Part shown: positions 7,620 through 8,685 of the stretch, piece by piece | Layout: each line of letters opens with the position of its first letter | Numbering within the stretch: position 1 is the first letter of the stretch | NCBI RefSeq assembly: GCF_000150275.1 | Contig: NW_002061093.1 | Span: forward strand, 1 to 8,685 | Length of the DNA: 8,685 nt | Source of the DNA: Trichoplax adhaerens | Taxonomy: Eukaryota > Animalia > Placozoa | Reading direction: 5' to 3' | Notes under the pieces: model-generated | The model's database searches: none | The model's input: only the letters and a program-made list of their open reading frames with translations | Told to the model about the DNA's origin: nothing | Translations under genes and position numbers: made by a program

Positions 7620-8685
7620 TTATGGAAAATATCGTAAGAGTTGATTTTTGAAATTTGAACATTTTGCTATGAATTTGAAACTTTAGAATTTTATGACGTG
7701 GCATGAAAATCACATTAGGAAAGTTTAATGAGGAAAATAGAAAATGAGATGGAAATTGGCAGAGGTTGTGTTCATTGTTAAGTAGTTAGACTGTTATTTT
7801 ATGACTAAATCTTGATGTTTAAAGGTTAATTTTTAGACTTTTATAGTGTATTAATGATAGAAATTATGTTAGAAGTGAAGTTTGATGTATTTTATAGTTA
7901 ACTTGTTGGTTTTATAGTGTTTTGTAAGGGAATCATAGGGTAAATTGTGTATGAACTTTGAATGATTTTTGTTTTCTTAAATGGTGCAAAGTAGTTTTCT
8001 AAAATGGATCTTAAGAGCGATTGGTTAGTAAATGTTTAGTTCTAAATACACCTGACGGCTCTGCGAAGCCTATAAATGATAGTGCAATTAGAAAATTTAA
8101 GAGGGGAGAGTAGAAGAAGATTGTTTTGAAGAACTTGTTGAATTTAAAAGGCCTTCGGGGTCGAATTGTCGTAAGTTAAAACGTTCTTCTTTATGAATGG
8201 TTGTTTGGTTGCTGACAGTTTCTAAGTCTGTCACTTATTTTATTAATACTTAAAGTTAAGTATTTGTAAGGTTGTTCGGTTTATACTTCTCTCCATTTTC
8301 GTTTTGTAATAAATTGTTGTTCGATTATTTCCCCAAATTTTATTTGGTGTCAAAGTTTCGTTAAGTCGACCGGAGTGCAACGAAAGTAGAATCAAAGTTT
8401 GTTAAAATTTTGTAGCTTGATCTCTACACTTTTCATTTCATTACAATCCGATCATGAAAATTCAAAAGTTTTATAAAATTAGAACTTTATTAAATCTAAT
8501 GCAAAGACTAGCTACACACAGCTCTACTCTAGCTAGATATAACTACTAAAAGACTTCTGAAAAGAACAATCAGATAATCTAACGTCGCCGGCTTTTATAC
8601 TCTCCGTAGCCTTCGCAGCTATAATCAGTATAGCAGCATTCTATCATATTTTACACATATTCAACTTATTATTAGTTACAATATT
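7620..8685 (+). pseudogene. Copy D: decayed LRR-containing GPCR (LGR-like) pseudogene running off the window end
   Basis: LRR remnants NLKL*NFMTWHENHIRKV (~7672), KMDLKSDWL (~8001) and IVLKNLLNLKGLR (8120-8158). Then LLNLMQRLATHSSTLA and AFILSVAFAAIISIAAFYHILHIF (8591), both homologous to copy B. Confidence 0.65.
8447..8685 (+). repeat. Second copy of the 4997-5235 diverged repeat (truncated by the window end)
   Basis: See 4997-5235; offset ~3450 nt. Confidence 0.93.

Noticed and set aside
7990-8060. Weak similarity of minus-strand RSILEN to KSALEN in the island ORF
   Set aside because: Short match (15/22 nt) with no collinear extension, and the region reads better as + strand LRR.

Overview
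AT-rich (~30% GC by eye) eukaryotic, most likely animal, genomic DNA with one 276-N assembly gap. The intronless, highly divergent rhodopsin-type receptor and compact layout resemble an early-branching animal such as a placozoan, but this is inference. The window opens inside an intact single-exon class A GPCR (1-960, +). Most of the remaining DNA looks like intergenic sequence in the ORF track. Read through its stops and frameshifts, it resolves into four head-to-tail, + strand, heavily decayed and apparently intronless LRR-containing GPCR (LGR/RXFP-like) pseudogenes at about 1273-3160, 4010-5410, 5557-7330 and 7620 to the window end. They retain remnants of signal peptide, LRR, Cys-hinge and TM1/2/6/7 motifs in the expected order. 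A GC-rich island carrying an unrelated, stop-interrupted minus-strand ORF (3260-4006) sits between copies A and B. A CCGG-palindrome and 30-bp tandem-repeat cluster, coinciding with a GC-skew switch, sits between copies C and D. All alignments were done by eye and pseudogene boundaries are approximate.
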